Shown in pieces: positions 22,749 through 35,846 of a stretch of 64,000 nucleotides of DNA (positions are counted from its first letter, which is position 1; each line of letters starts with the position of its first letter). The notes below the pieces were generated by a model. It saw only the letters and a program-made list of their open reading frames with translations. It was not told the DNA's origin and did not search any database. The DNA is from Azolla caroliniana. Taxonomy: Eukaryota > Plantae > Polypodiophyta. The stretch is from contig JBHGNT010000009.1 in assembly GCA_043228905.1 (NCBI GenBank), positions 15,128,001 to 15,192,000 of the forward strand. The letters are read 5' to 3'. Both the position numbers and the translations under genes were made by a program.

Positions 22749-25700
22749 TGAAAAGAATGGCGTGCGGAAGCAATATAGGAAACCGAACAACAAAAAATGC
22801 GGGTTTAATGGAAGGCTTAGGTTTGCATAGTATGCACGGGAGAGACAGAGAGTAAACACCAGAACTTTTCCAAAAATAATACTCAATCTGTACATCATGT
22901 GTGTTCAATGAACACTTTTATACAAGTCCTTTTCGGACTGACAGAAGTACTGACAGTACTTCAATGCTCATTAAGGAGCCCCTACACTAACTCCCAAATA
23001 TATTCCTTGCAGAATATCTTTCCGATGGCCTCCCGGTTTCTGCACCGATCCAACCTTCCTACGCACCGGTTTCCGACCAATCCGATCCTCGGCTTGCTCA
23101 GCCGATCCGGCCGATGTTGAGCTTGTCTCTCAACACTCCCCCTCAAGCTCAACTTGAGGCTCTTCGGGATCTTCCGGATCATCGCTCCGGTTCCTCCTGG
23201 CTCCACTCCTCGCCCGTCCTCCTCGACCTGTTCGACTCCGCGCGCTGCGACCCTTCCGGTCGGCTTGTCTGCTCCCACGGCCCTTCACAGCTCCCTTGTT
23301 GTCGCGGTGTTGGCGCTTCTCCTGCTACCTTCTTTTCCGCTTGGCCCTCGGTTGATTCAATGTATCCAAATCAAACATCCGAACCGACTCGGCCACCTCC
23401 GATCGTTTTTCGTTCCCAACTCGTCTTCGGCCTTATCGCCCTTGACGGCGTCATCTACCTCATGCTTGGTTGGCTTCAGCTCTTTCTTTCGGTTGCTCCC
23501 CTTATGTCCGCTTTTGGACTCTTCCGCGGATCCGCCCTCGGCTTCTTCAACCGATCCGAAGTCGAATTCGTCATCCGACTCGGTGTCATGGCCTCTTCTA
23601 CTCCCTTCCTGCTCCCTTGCTCGGTCTTTCGAGACTGTTCTCCCCCTCAAGTTTGGCACATCGAGGTGACGCAACCCAAGAGCACCCGAGAACTGCCGCA
23701 ACTTGTCCAGACCAAGGGGCTTGGTGAAGATGTCGGCAGTTTGCTGATCCGTCGGAACATACTGAAGTTCGACTTCACCAGAAAGGACACGCTCACGGAA
23801 AAAATGGTAGTGCACCTCAATGTGCTTGGTCCAAGCGTAGAAAATGGGGTTCTTCGCGAGCTGGATGCTGCTGAGGTTGTCGCAGTAGATCGTCGTTGGA
23901 TCGGACACCTCCTCTTGCAAGTCCTTAAGAAGCCGCTTCAACCATATGGCTTCACATGTCGCGACAGCTGCTCCTCGGTACTCAGCTTCGGTGCTCGATA
24001 CTGCAACTGTCGGCTGCTTCTTACTACTCCACGCTATCACGGCACTCCCAAGAGAGAACGTGTAACCGGACGTGGAACGGCGATCGGCGGCATTGCCAAC
24101 CCAATCAACATCGGTGTAGCCAACCAACTGCGAGGCTGTACCAGTCCGATATAGCAGTCCCCGGTCCTTAGTACCGCTTACGTACCGCAGTACGTGTTGC
24201 GCACATTGAAGGTGCTCCTCGGTAGGTCGCACCATGAACTGACTGATCATCCCGACCGGATAACTGATATCGGGTCGAGTGATTGTCAAGTAGATAAGGC
24301 TTCCGACAAATTTTCGGAACCTCGTCGGGTCGCATACCTTTTCGGAATTGGGGCGAAGCTTGACGATTCTATCCAGAGGAGTCGAGACGGACTTATAGTC
24401 GGCCATCTGAATTTGAAGAGCATACTCAACACATAATGGTGTTGGCTGATCAATATGCCTTTGGGGGTACGGATCACTTCGATCCCGAGGAAATAATGAA
24501 GATCCCCCAGATCCTTCATGTCATCAACATATAGTAAAATACTAACCGGACCAAGTCAACCTTTCCGGATGAATAGGGAAGAGTTCGATTTTGACGTTGC
24601 AAAGCCCATCCGACGCAGTTGCTGCGTGATCTTCGTGTTCCAGGCACGCGGGGCTTGCTTCAATCCGTGAAGGGACTTCTTCAATCGACACACTGCCGAC
24701 GTGTTCGTTCCGGAGTGAAATCCGGGGGGTTGTACCATGTACACCTATTCCTCAAGCTCACCTTGTAGGAACGCATTCTTTACATCCATCTGATGTAAGT
24801 GCCACCCCTTTGCCGCAGCTACTGCGAGCAAAACATGGACGGCCCTCATCTTTGCAACCGGCGCAAACGTCTCATCAAAGTTGATGCCGTGTTTCTGCAC
24901 GTAGCCTTTTGCCACTAACTGGGCCTTGTATCGGTTGACTGAGTCGTCGGTGTTGTACTTGACCTTGTACACCCACCTACATCCAATCAGCTTCACACCC
25001 TTCGGTGCGTCAACCAGGTCCCAGGTCTCGTTTTCCACCATTGTGTGCATCTCTTCCTCCATCGCGGCGCGCCAATTTGCGTCCTTAGCCGCTTCTACGT
25101 AGCTCTCCGGCTCATGCACTTCCGCTACACGGGTCATGTACGCATAATGATGCGCCATGTACTCGTTGTATCTGAACCGCACAACTGGGTTCTTCTGGCG
25201 GGTAGATCGGCGTAATCGGTCATTAGCCGATGTCGAGGTCTTCTCGGCCGACGCGGACTTCGCTCTTGAAGACCCATCACCGCTTCCCTCGGAGTCAGAC
25301 TCGCGTCGGTCTGACTCGTTCCTATCCGTCCCAGAATCCGACACCTTTTGCTTCCCTTTCTCTTTGCGCGTAAGCCGTCTCCTCAGCTTCCTGCGTGGGG
25401 AATGCATGGCCGAGTCTCCACTACTCGCCGGCTCTTCATCGGATTGGTCGAACGGACTCAGTCGTCCATTCAGTCCACTTAACTGAAACGAAATCGGACT
25501 CTCTTCACGGGTCCCGATTTCAGGCTCATCCGGAGGCATCTCAATCTCGCTGACCTAATCGTCAGAGCTCGGATTGGAGTTGAGATCCGGAGTCGGAGGC
25601 AAGTACCAGGACGCGGACTCATCAAACACAACATCGGAGCTCACGCGCGCTTGTTTGGTGCGCGGGTTATAACACTTATAACCCTTCTGCTCATCCAAGT

Positions 25701-28339
25701 AACCGACCAAGATACATTTCTCGGCCTTTGCGTCCAGCTTCCTCCATTTCTCCTTCGGCACATGCACATACACAATGATACCGAAAATTCGTAAGTGTTG
25801 CAAGTTCGGCTTCGTTTCGAAATATAGCTCATGCACCTACGCTTTGTCTCCGATCCGGTTCTGGATGTATACCGCGGTCCTTACCGCCTCGGCCCAGTAG
25901 AACTTGGGCAAGCTCTTCTCCTCCAACATTGCCCGTGCCGTTTCCACAACCGATTGATTTTTCCTCTCGGCCACGCCATTTTGCTCTGGCGTGTATCTAC
26001 AACTGAATTCACGCCGAATTCCCATATGTTGTAGATAACCGTTGAATTGACCGGAAAAGTATTCTTTTCCGCCATCCGACCGTGGGCACTTGATCTTTCT
26101 TCCTGTTTCCGTTTCCACGAACCCTTTGAGGTCTCGGAAACAGTCGAAGACTTCGCTCTTCCTCTCAATAAGGTAGATCCACGTGTGCCGTGTGTAGTCA
26201 TCGATGAAGGAGACGAAATATCAGCTCCCGCCAAGACTAACGTTTTGTGCCAGCCCCCACACATCAGAGTGTATCAAGTCGAGCTTGTTCCGGCTCCAGT
26301 TACGATCGTTGGGGAAAGGAAGTCGGTGTTGCTTCCCAACCTGGCAAGATTCACAAATTTGTGCCTTCTAGCCACTAAATTTGGGTAATCCAAACACCAC
26401 TTGTTTCGATTGCAGGACTTGAAGTCGCTGGTAGTTGATGTGGCCTATCCTCTTGTGCCATAAGTCGATGTCCAACTCGACTTTTTGTCCCTTCGCGAAC
26501 ATTGCGGTGCCACCGTCAGTAGAGTCAAGGATGAACATCCTCCTGTCTCTACGCCCTTGCGCAATAACATGACCTTCTTCCTCAATGAAGCACCTGAGGT
26601 GTGTAAACCGGACCTCCATCCCTTGGTCGACGATTTGTCCGACCGACACCAAGTTCTTCGTGATTGTCGGGACATGTAGCACATTCATGAGTTTCCCTTT
26701 CTGCCCGACATGGCTCAAGGGAACTTCTCCGACATTCGCAATCAGATGCGGAGTGTCGTCTCCGGTTGCGACTACTCCCGGTTGCATCGGTTTTTCTAGG
26801 TACGAGAACCACTCCTTATGGCTCGTCATGTGATTTGACGCGCCGAAGTCGACGTACCACACCTCGTCTGATTTCGGGGTGGTCTACTTCATTGAGTTTG
26901 CTTTGTGTCTTGTCACGAAGGCAAACCCTTTTCCAGCTTTTCCAAATCCTTCGGCGTAGTGCGATCGCTGCCGGTTTCCTTTGTCGGTATGTCCGGAACC
27001 GGTCCTCTCCGACTCGGCGCGCTTTTTCCAACACTCGCTCTCCCTGTAGTCTTTCTTGCCACAGTACCAGCATTCCGTGGCGGGTTTCCCTTGCCGGTTC
27101 TCATCGCCTCCACTCCCTTGGTTTCCGGAGGGTTCGGAATTGCTGTCGCCATCATTTCGGTGCCTCTTTCCTTGATCTCGTCGGCCGCCTCCATTGCGCA
27201 CCGACTCGCCTTGTCCTCCACGTCCATGGGGCCTATCTCCCTCTGTGTACAACATCTTGTTGTTGGTGTGCATGCTCGTTGACGCACCCGCGTGGTTCTC
27301 CTCTACCAGGAGCATCGACTGTAAGTCAAAAAAGGACGACATATTCTCCCAGGTACACACAACAGTTCAGAACGCCCCGAACTTCGATGCCAAACCCCCG
27401 AGACAGACTTGGACCATCTCGCTTTCCTCGATGTTCACATCGATGGAAGCTAAGGAATCGCATATGTCCTTGATCCTCGAGGTATAGTCAGCCACCGACA
27501 AATTGCATTGTCGTAGGTTGCTCAATTCCTGTCGGAGCTGAAGCGTCCTGGCTGTGGTGCTCGCGGCGAAGATCTTCTTCAGATTTTCCAACGCACCCTT
27601 CAGCGTTTTTGCATCTCGAACGTAGCTTAATAGTTGTTCGCCCACACAAGACGCGAAATAGTACAGCACTCTGCTCGGCGATTGTTCCCACGCCGGGAAG
27701 TCTCTGTGTGTTTATTCGAGTGCCGCGTCATTTGCTCCTTCGACATAACTCTAGTAACCATGCCCAAGCAGGTACTGGTGCATCTTGTAGGACCAAGACA
27801 CGTAGTTGGTTCTGTCGAGCTTCTCCGTCGGAAGCGAGCTAGCCATTCCTCTATCCATCGGTTTTCTTGTTCTTCTTCGTTGGTTTTTCCTTCAAGCAAA
27901 GTCGGCTGTAGAGGTTCTCAACCCTCGCGCTCTGATACCATGAAGAGAATGGCGTACGGAAGCAATATAGGAAACCGAACAATAGAAAACGTAGGTTTAA
28001 TGGAAAGCTTAGGTTTTCATAGTACGCACGGGAGAGACAGAGACTAAACACCAGAACATTTCAAAAAATAATACTCAATCTGTCCATCGTGTGTGTTCAA
28101 TGAACACTCTTATACAAGTCCTTTTCGGACTGACAGAAGTATTGACAATACTTCACTGCTCATTAAGGACCCCCTACACTATCTCCCAAATATATTCCTT
28201 GCAGAATATCATTCCGATGGCCTCCCGGTTTCTGCACCGATCCGGCCTTCCTACGCACCGGTCTGCGTACTGGTTTCCAACCGATCCGGTCCTCAGCTTG
28301 CTCAGCCGATCTGACCGATGTTGAGCTTGTCTCTCAACA
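22749..28339 (-). mobile_element. Ty1/copia retrotransposon D (full-length outline, decayed)
   Basis: LTRs 22749-23135 and 27941-28339, iMet PBS 27929-27940, PPT 23136-23147, TSD CTCTC/CTCCC, and domain order gag-PR-INT-RT-RH. Confidence 0.95.
23357..27846 (-). pseudogene. gag-pol of copia D (stops, frameshifts, small deletion in RT)
   Basis: CWYCGKK knuckle, protease WYVDFGASNHMT, LWHKRIGH, integrase RSDGGKEY and QNGVAER, RT HQMDVKNAFL, RNase H ADIFTKPL, then a C-terminal extension. Confidence 0.93.
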
Positions 28340-29753
28340 CTCCCCCGTGGTACGAATGTACCATGTTCCGGCCTCTCCGTAGGCCTGCTTCCTCCACCCT
28401 TCAGGAATGGTTATCCGGAAGTCCACCATGCCCGGTTCTCGTTCTCTCCAAATTGTCGGGTCCCGTTCTCCTGCCGCCACCATCAGTGTCTTGGTCTTAC
28501 GTCGGATCCGATGCCGACCGCCGAAGTCTCTAGCCTGGTGTGAGGTGACCCATAGGACAGGTCTTCATTCTTCGCTTCCAGATCGGTTGTATTGGCCGTA
28601 ACCTCCGCGTCCTCGCCGCCACTTTCCGTCTCTTAGGTCTTCCGTTGGTTCACGGACGCAACCGCCTAAGTCTCAGGAACGAGTGTAGAGGACCCGTACT
28701 TCAGTCAACCGCCTCTTTCGTTTCTCCCCCGCCACCGTCGATCCCTTTCTTTGCGCTTCCCCGCCATCTGCCTTCTCTTTTGGTCTCACGTTGACACGCC
28801 GTCCAAACTGCCGAAGTGTCAGGTCAAGATGTGGGGATACCAATTTCGTAACGACTCCTGACGATTTGTCCCAGGCCATTGACCCTTTTAGTGGTGTCGG
28901 TGGAAAGAATCTACTCTATGATCGATCAAGCCCCACCTGGGTTTGATTCTCCAATGTCCAGAGTTTCGTCTCTAATGCCGATCCCACCGGACTCGATGTG
29001 TACTCTCGATCATCTTCTTCCCGATTCTCGACCTTCTCCCGGTCGGTCTTTCTCCCCATGTAAAAGAGGGCAACTCGTCCCGCACCCTCTCCCGTATCGG
29101 CACCTTCATGCCGAACCTTGTCCCTATCGAACAATCCACATCTGGATCATGCTCCACCCAAATTGGAACACTAACCAATTCGATCCCCGGTCGGGTCAAC
29201 TTCCGGTTCCGCTCCCTTCGGTGTTGGCTCTCATTTCCCCTTTCTTCTCAGCCGTGGTGTCGTCCTCAACCTCGTCGCAGGCTGTTTCCCATCCATCTTC
29301 GTTGCCATCATGCCAGGACTCCTCGCTAGCGCCTTCCATCTCTTTGGTTTTATGCCGGCACACAGGCTCGACTATCGGAGTCTCCGGAATCCGCATGGAG
29401 GGCTCTTCTCTGCTCCCAACCTCCACCTTGGCCGGTGTTTTTCCGCAAGTCGAGAGGGCGTCTGGCTCCACACCCTCTCCCATGGTACTATCATACGATT
29501 CCCCGGCGTCTGCCTGGGCCATGTCCACCTTGTCCGGAAGGCCGACTTGCTCTTAGTCTTCGGAATTTGTCGGTGTGCTGTATCTCTCTTCTTCTTCAAC
29601 CATCGCCTTCAGAGCCTCGTACACTTCCCGGACCAAGGCTTTGACACCGAGCTTCGCTGATCCTTCTTGTTGCGTGCCTGCTTCCTACCGTGATGACACG
29701 CCGTTGCGCGTCATCTTCCGTTTTCCTTTCGCGGACTGCTCCTCGTCCAACCG

Positions 29754-30347
29754 TCAGCATACTCGTTCTACTTCCGACCAATCCTCGGTAAGGTCATTCA
29801 CTCTGTCATCGTCTTCGAGCTCAATCCCGATGGCCTCCCATTCCACTCGGTCTATCAACCTAATGAACAACAAGACTTTGTCCGGCCCCACCAGACATTG
29901 CTCCCGCTCTGGCAACCAAGCAAGCCGCCGCTCGAACTCTCGGAACGCCTTTGTTGCACCACGGTGGATCTTTGCCAATGCAACCCACTGGTCGAAGTCG
30001 CGTCGTCCCCGACTCTTCCGTCGTCCTCCATATGCTTGCAGGAGCGCCTCCTCGAAGGCCTCCCACGAACTGTGAGCTTCTCGGAGCTCCTTCACTTCCG
30101 CATGCATACGGATGACGACGACCAGATAGAAGAACTCCAACCTCAACGCCTCATCCACGTCTCGCTCCTCCTTTTCTGCATTGTAGGCTTCCAAGTAGAA
30201 TGGGACTTTGTCCCCGTTGAAACGGCTGACTCTTTCGACCACTCGCTCAATAGCTTGTTGCGCCGACTTCTGTCTCACCACCACTTGTCTAAACTCCAAC
30301 ACCACTTCGGCCACCATCTCCGCGAAGTCATTGTCTTCCGACTCCAT
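29754..30347 (-). pseudogene. gag: gag N-terminal ORF of element C
   Basis: MESEDNDFAEMVAEVV...RFNGDKVPFYLEAY...LTEDWSEVERVC, homologous to the gag of elements A, B and K. Confidence 0.8.
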
Positions 30348-30385
30348 CCTCACTTGCCGCCCTTTCATGTCGGGTTCACCAAAGA

Positions 30386-31300
30386 TGTCGCGGTAATCCG
30401 TGAGTACATGTCGAAAGGGGCGGGACCACGGGGGTCTCCGACGAGGAAGAGATGCGTGTCGAGAAGCCGACTTCTCGCCAGTCCCGGTTGCACTGGTTGT
30501 GACGCAAACCAAAGCGATTCCAGACGCGTACCTGCAGCTACCGAACACGAGAGAGGGAGAGAGAGAGAGAGACCACGCACGCCACACCGACTCAACACAC
30601 GCCTCTTATGTACAGGAAACAAAGGGAAAGAAACGCACCCGACACCAACAAAGACACGAATATGCACAACCTAATATATCTATATTTACAGTTGCAAGAT
30701 ACACCTCCGGCTTCGAGCCAGACCAAGGTAGGTTAGTTTACAACAGTCGTCTGCTGCCAAGCCGCCAATCGAGGGACCTCTCAAGCTTGTCGCACTGAGC
30801 GGGGTCTTGCACAGGAGATCGAACTGAAGCAAACCCACCTGAACATACAAGCTCTTCACCAGACTAAACCCTAAACAGACACGAAGGAGAAGAAGAAGTC
30901 GAAGAACCCTAACCGGAAACACGAAAGTAAGAACAAGAAGAAGCTACTGAAAATAGGTGGAAGAAGACCAAAGTAAAAACCCTAAGAAAATAAGAATGAG
31001 ATGAAGAGGAAGAACACCACCAAACCCTAGACCTAAGTGGTATACCCTCCTAACTCAAAATGGGCAACCCCTCTAAAAGGGACCCTCCCTTCCTTTTATA
31101 GAACAAGGAGAGGGATGCATTACAATGTGGGATAAATCCCGATTTACATGGGACTCTCTGTCCCGACTTGACTCCTACTCGACGCCATAAAGGCACCCCT
31201 ATTATTCACACGTTTTTACAAGGGTAAGTGCAGATGATGCACTCCGCCGATTCTTCTGATATTCCCTGGTTTCTCACCATGTCCCAGAATCTTCACGACA
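30386..31300 (-). repeat. 5' LTR of element C
   Basis: TGTCGCG...CACGACA termini, with the Trp PBS adjacent. Confidence 0.92.
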
Positions 31301-31304
31301 ACGG

Positions 31305-32020
31305 TATGGGACAAATACACATTGTTAGAGTTCCTCCATGAACTACAAATATTTGCAGCACAAGACTGGGAACGGGAGCAAGAACGTTATCTGTAGGAGT
31401 TAGCCGCGAATTCGGATCGGCTCATCTGACGCTACAACCTATATACAAAGGAAATGGAGACAAGGTTGGTCGGGATAACCGCGTCGTTCGAAATCGTGAA
31501 AGCCAAGATCGAGCGAGAAGCCGCAACGGACAAAGACGAATTGGACACCCTACGTGCCAAATACAAGATGGAAGAAGCACGCATCAAGCCACTAGTGGTA
31601 AAGGACTGGGTAAAGCTGAATCAAAAGATCGAAAAGGCACTAGCTCATGGATGGAAACAATGGTTGGCCCACACAGCCGAACTACATGTCTTCCAAGCAG
31701 ATGCCGAAAATCGAAAGAAAGAGGGTCATGGTTTTAACAAAATGGACAAGAATGGCATTTAGATCCTCCATGAAGACCTCACTAAGGAATTCCAAACTTT
31801 GGCCCGAACACACACCACGGCCATCGGAAACCTCCTCAAGGAATTTAACGATGATCAACTATTGCTCATGATCGAAACAGATGGTTATAAACGCGCGTGC
31901 CTCCAAGCCGAAAAGGAAGCAGAAGCCATGGCATAGGCCCCAGTAGGCAAGATGACCAAGGAAGCAACCCAGGAGCCGAAAGAAGAAGAAGCGACATGCC
32001 CCAACCCGGAGATGGAATAA
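31305..32020 (+). pseudogene. Coiled-coil ORF of X2, 3' part
   Basis: Continuation of 19316-19853, homologous to the C-terminus of the X1 ORF. Confidence 0.7.
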
Positions 32021-32365
32021 GTGGTTGAACAACCCACACACCCAAAACAGGTGTAACTGGCCCCGATATCCACAGTGGTAACTCAAGACCAACAACTCGA
32101 TGTGTCGGTCGATTTACACATAGATGAGCGAAAACCGGAGGAAGCGACTCCACAGTCGAAGGAGCAAATGGAAGCCTAGGAGACCACGGAGCAGAGGGCC
32201 GATTTGATGGCCGATCTCACCGAGGGAGTCAAAGCAACCGGAGGGCATCAAATCAAATAGCATTTTTTGGCTCTTTTGAATACCAACAGTCTCAAATTCT
32301 TGAATTTTGGAGCGATTTTTTTTTTGGGTTTGACGTGCAAAGCACTATCCCACGGGCGTGCTAGG

Positions 32366-32893
32366 TGTTATCTGTGGGACAAAGGGCACAAAGGTGGGAA
32401 ACGAATCTAAAGAGATGAGTAGGTCAAGTAGGTAAAAAGGGAATTGACCGAGCATTGGTAGCCAAGGAAGGTAGAACGAAATATATGCAGCTGAGAATAA
32501 AGGACGTGAATGAGGAGCAATTAGTGAAAGCGCGCCAAGGAGAGGCTATATAAATTGTGGAACAGTAGAAGGAGAAAGGGGAATGAATATATGCATATGC
32601 TATGTTATAGAAGGAAAGAGAGAGTGACAAATATAATCGGTCTGTGTGCCTTGTAATTGATTTTATCCAGTAATCAATATACATACTCTATTGGGTCATC
32701 TCTGTGTCTGTTTCCGTAATCTATACTTTTGATTATGATATTCCTAAGTCATAAGTGGAAAACCAGTTGTGGCCGGTTATCGGGTAATTGATCGGCCTTC
32801 TCGGCCCTATCATACTCTCCTACATAACCATGATTCCTTGAGCCAATTACTCAAGGACGTAATTGAAGGTGTATCCTTGAGAAGGAGATAACA
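32366..32893. repeat. LTR of orphan element X2
   Basis: Perfect 8-bp terminal inverted repeat TGTTATCT...AGATAACA and an internal GGCTATATAAA. It is preceded by TCCCACGGGCGTGCTA (32348-32363), and copia integrase sequence resumes at 32894. Confidence 0.75.
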
Positions 32894-34165
32894 GTGTTAG
32901 CCGTTTCTACCTAGTACGATTTTGGCAAGTTCGTCTCGTTCATCATTGCCCTTGCCACCTCTTCTATGTGTCGATTCTTTCGTTTGTCTACTCAGTTTTG
33001 TTGAGGTGTGTGTCAGCATGAGAATTCTCGTCAAACTCCTTCCTTTCGGAGATACATTGTAAATTCATCCTAAAAATACTCATTGCCTCCATCCGATCGA
33101 AGGCATCGGACATATGCCGACTAGTGGTTTTTTCGACTTCATTTTTAAACTTTTGGAAGTGTCTGAACACTTTACTCTTTTGCTGCATAGGGTAAATCTA
33201 GGTAGATATTCCTAGAGAAGTCATCAATAAATGTGACATAATATCAACAACCACTGAATGTTGTCGTCTAGGTTGGTCCCCATACATCGGAACGTACTAC
33301 ATTTAGGATCCCTTTGCTCATGTTCCTCTCTTTCGGGAACGGTTGTCAGTGTTGTTTGCTAAACAGATAGGCGTCACATACACCCATCATCTCCTTTTCG
33401 GTAAAAGTTGGTAGTCTGATGATGACTCCTTCCCACTGTTGTGGCCAATTCGTTATACAAATGGGCCCTTGACAATATGGCCGACTGAGACAAGGTTTTT
33501 TGTGATGGTTGGGACAATGCAAGTCATTATTGAGGTAGGTTTGTTTGCCTCCATGGTCGTCATAATCGGAATTCGTGGCATAGTTTGTGAGTTGTTGGCT
33601 AGTCAAAGCCGACTCTCGTTTCTTCTTTCGGCACTCCTCTTCGTAGTGGCTGAGTTTTCTACAATACCCACATTCGGTCGGGTTGTTTTGGTGGCTCAGT
33701 CCAGCAGGATGGCTCCCCCTTCTACGGAACTCCCTAGGAGTGTTTCTAGCCTCTTGCCAATGATGGGAATTGCGTCCTTAGGTCAGCTGACCCTGTCAGC
33801 CTCGGCTGAATCGGCCTTTGTTTCCTCGGCCGAATCCTCTTCCATCATCCAACTAGGAGTAGAGCATCTGAACATCGGGTGCATTGCTCCTTCTTTGGGC
33901 ATGATTTTCTTCAACCAACAATATTGATTGAAGGTCGAAAAAGGAGGGGGGATTCTCCCTTGCAAGAATGGTTGATCTTATCATGCCGAATTGTGGTGTT
34001 AGGCCGTTGAGGCATATTTGCACCATTTCATTATCATCGATTATGACATTGATCGACCCAAGGGCATCACACAATTCCTTGATCTTCAATGTATATCAGG
34101 TGATTGACATGTCCCTCTGTTGCATGTTATTCAACTCCTACCAAAGTTGGAGCTTACGTATAGTT
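32894..34165 (-). mobile_element. Copia E remnant (gag to integrase, with internal deletion)
   Basis: KIKELCDALGSINV...PSFFDLQSILLVEENH gag motif shared with D and G, plus integrase FQKFKNEVEK. Confidence 0.85.
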
Positions 34166-35002
34166 GTGTTGCATGATGCAAGGCAATACAACACACGATT
34201 GGCCGCTTCGGAGAGAGAGATAGATAGATAGATAGATTATATTATCGTCTTTGCAGGTCAAATATGACCTACGAGACCAAAAATATTACATTTCATGTGA
34301 TACGTGTGAAAGTGAGTAGTGACTCTCGATGTTCAAGAACTTTACCAATGAATGTTGCAATCAAGAGTGCACATTGTGGTTGTGAGAGAAATTTGTGCAA
34401 GGATTGGGCTCGGTCGAAGAGATGTGGAAATCAAGGTCGAATATGATCAAAGGCAGAGTATTGTATCAAAGTGTGATACCTAGACTCGCGAACTTGTTTA
34501 GGGCAAAGTGTGCATAGCCAACCACTCTCATCACTTGTGCCCCAATGCCCTAACATCGCAATGCATGTGAGCTAAGTCGCATGGAATCAATGGTTCGAAT
34601 GTCAGATAACATGATGGGCTCTAACATGTATCGATGTGTACAGTTTCCCCATTCCACAAAGAATATGGTTTTGTAGTTAGGTGTAAATTATAGAGGAATC
34701 TAGCGATGCATCATGAAGCAAGTGTCTCGCATCCCATCTACCAAACCATTTTATATCTTGCATCCAATTGGAACACAAAAAATTTCTTTTATATCTTGCA
34801 TCCATGAAATTCTAGGAAGTCGATGTGAGGGACTTTTTTGAACCTTTTTTGAACCTTAAGCATGTATTCAACAACCCTTTCCATGGCCATGATCTCAATG
34901 GGAAGCGATCTCATGTCAAGGAGGAGGGTGTAGGGCGTTTGTTTCTTAACTTGTAGAAACTTTGTAAGAAAATGTTTTTGGGCATTTTCAAACTCTTTCC
35001 AC

Positions 35003-35004
<2 letters not shown>

Positions 35005-35054
<50 letters not shown>
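35005..35054. repeat. (AG)n microsatellite, about 25 units
   Basis: Direct reading. Confidence 0.97.
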
Positions 35055-35057
<3 letters not shown>

Positions 35058-35162
35058 AAATGGATGTAGTTCAGTTGGTAAGGTTGCCTAATGGAGACCA
35101 GGTGGCATCTAGTGAATTAAGAGAGATATATGAAGTATATAATAGAGAGAAGTGAGAAAATT

Positions 35163-35220
35163 GGGTTTCGAACCCAAGACACGGTGCTTGTAGTGTTAAC
35201 TTACCACTAGGGTAAGCTAA
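35163..35220 (-). mobile_element. tRNA-like (SINE head-like) sequence
   Basis: The minus strand shows TAGTGGTAAG (A-box-like) and GGGTTCGAAACCC (B-box-like). No full cloverleaf can be formed. Confidence 0.4.
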
Positions 35221-35225
35221 TTACG

Positions 35226-35229
<4 letters not shown>

Positions 35230-35269
<40 letters not shown>
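35230..35269. repeat. (AG)n microsatellite, about 20 units
   Basis: Direct reading. Confidence 0.97.
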
Positions 35270-35270
<1 letters not shown>

Positions 35271-35846
35271 ATAGAACAAGAAGCTATATTAGTGAACAAT
35301 AAAATTACATCCAACAGTAACTAAGTTACAAAAGGTTGGTTTAAATACCAACTAGTCTAGGGCAACTACCTTTTCTGTTATTTACAAAAGTAGCCTCGTG
35401 TGTCCATTGGCTAGTGTGAAAACCATTTTATTGTGGAAGTTTAGTTCGATTCTCAACCTTCGTTCTATTTCTGTTGCTATTTGGCTGAGCCCAGTTGTGT
35501 CTACAAGCTTCCGCACATAACACTTCACACAAATAATGTATCAGCAAATTCAGGACGTTATGGATAGAGACACCATACCATCGACTAGTTCTCACCTCAA
35601 ATGGATAGGTGTTTTTCAAAACTAGAAGTACTCTTAACTGTAAAAGGATATTTCCAATATAAGACCTTTTGTTTTATTTATGTGGATAATACAAGTCAAT
35701 TGTCCCAATCACTAGGAGCGGTAATCAATTATCCTTATATTATGGAACACAAAATAAGGGTATATTCACCTGCCGACATAGGAGATAAAGCCACATTGGA
35801 AGTTGAGGGTGTTTGGTAAACAAATTTTGTTCACACTAACATGGGG

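Larger units (their letters stand above)
19854..31300 (-). mobile_element. Non-autonomous gypsy-derived LTR element C (same family as B), interrupted by copia D
   Basis: LTRs 19854-20771 and 30386-31300, Trp PBS 30364-30381, PPT 20772-20782, TSD GCGG/ACGG, gag fragment only. Confidence 0.92.

Noticed and set aside
21094-24154. Long antisense ORFs (332 aa and 346 aa) as genes
   Set aside because: They are shadows of GC-rich element interiors and of copia RNase H, with no independent motifs.
34166-35000. DNA transposon or MITE
   Set aside because: No clear TIRs or TSD were found, only short local duplications.
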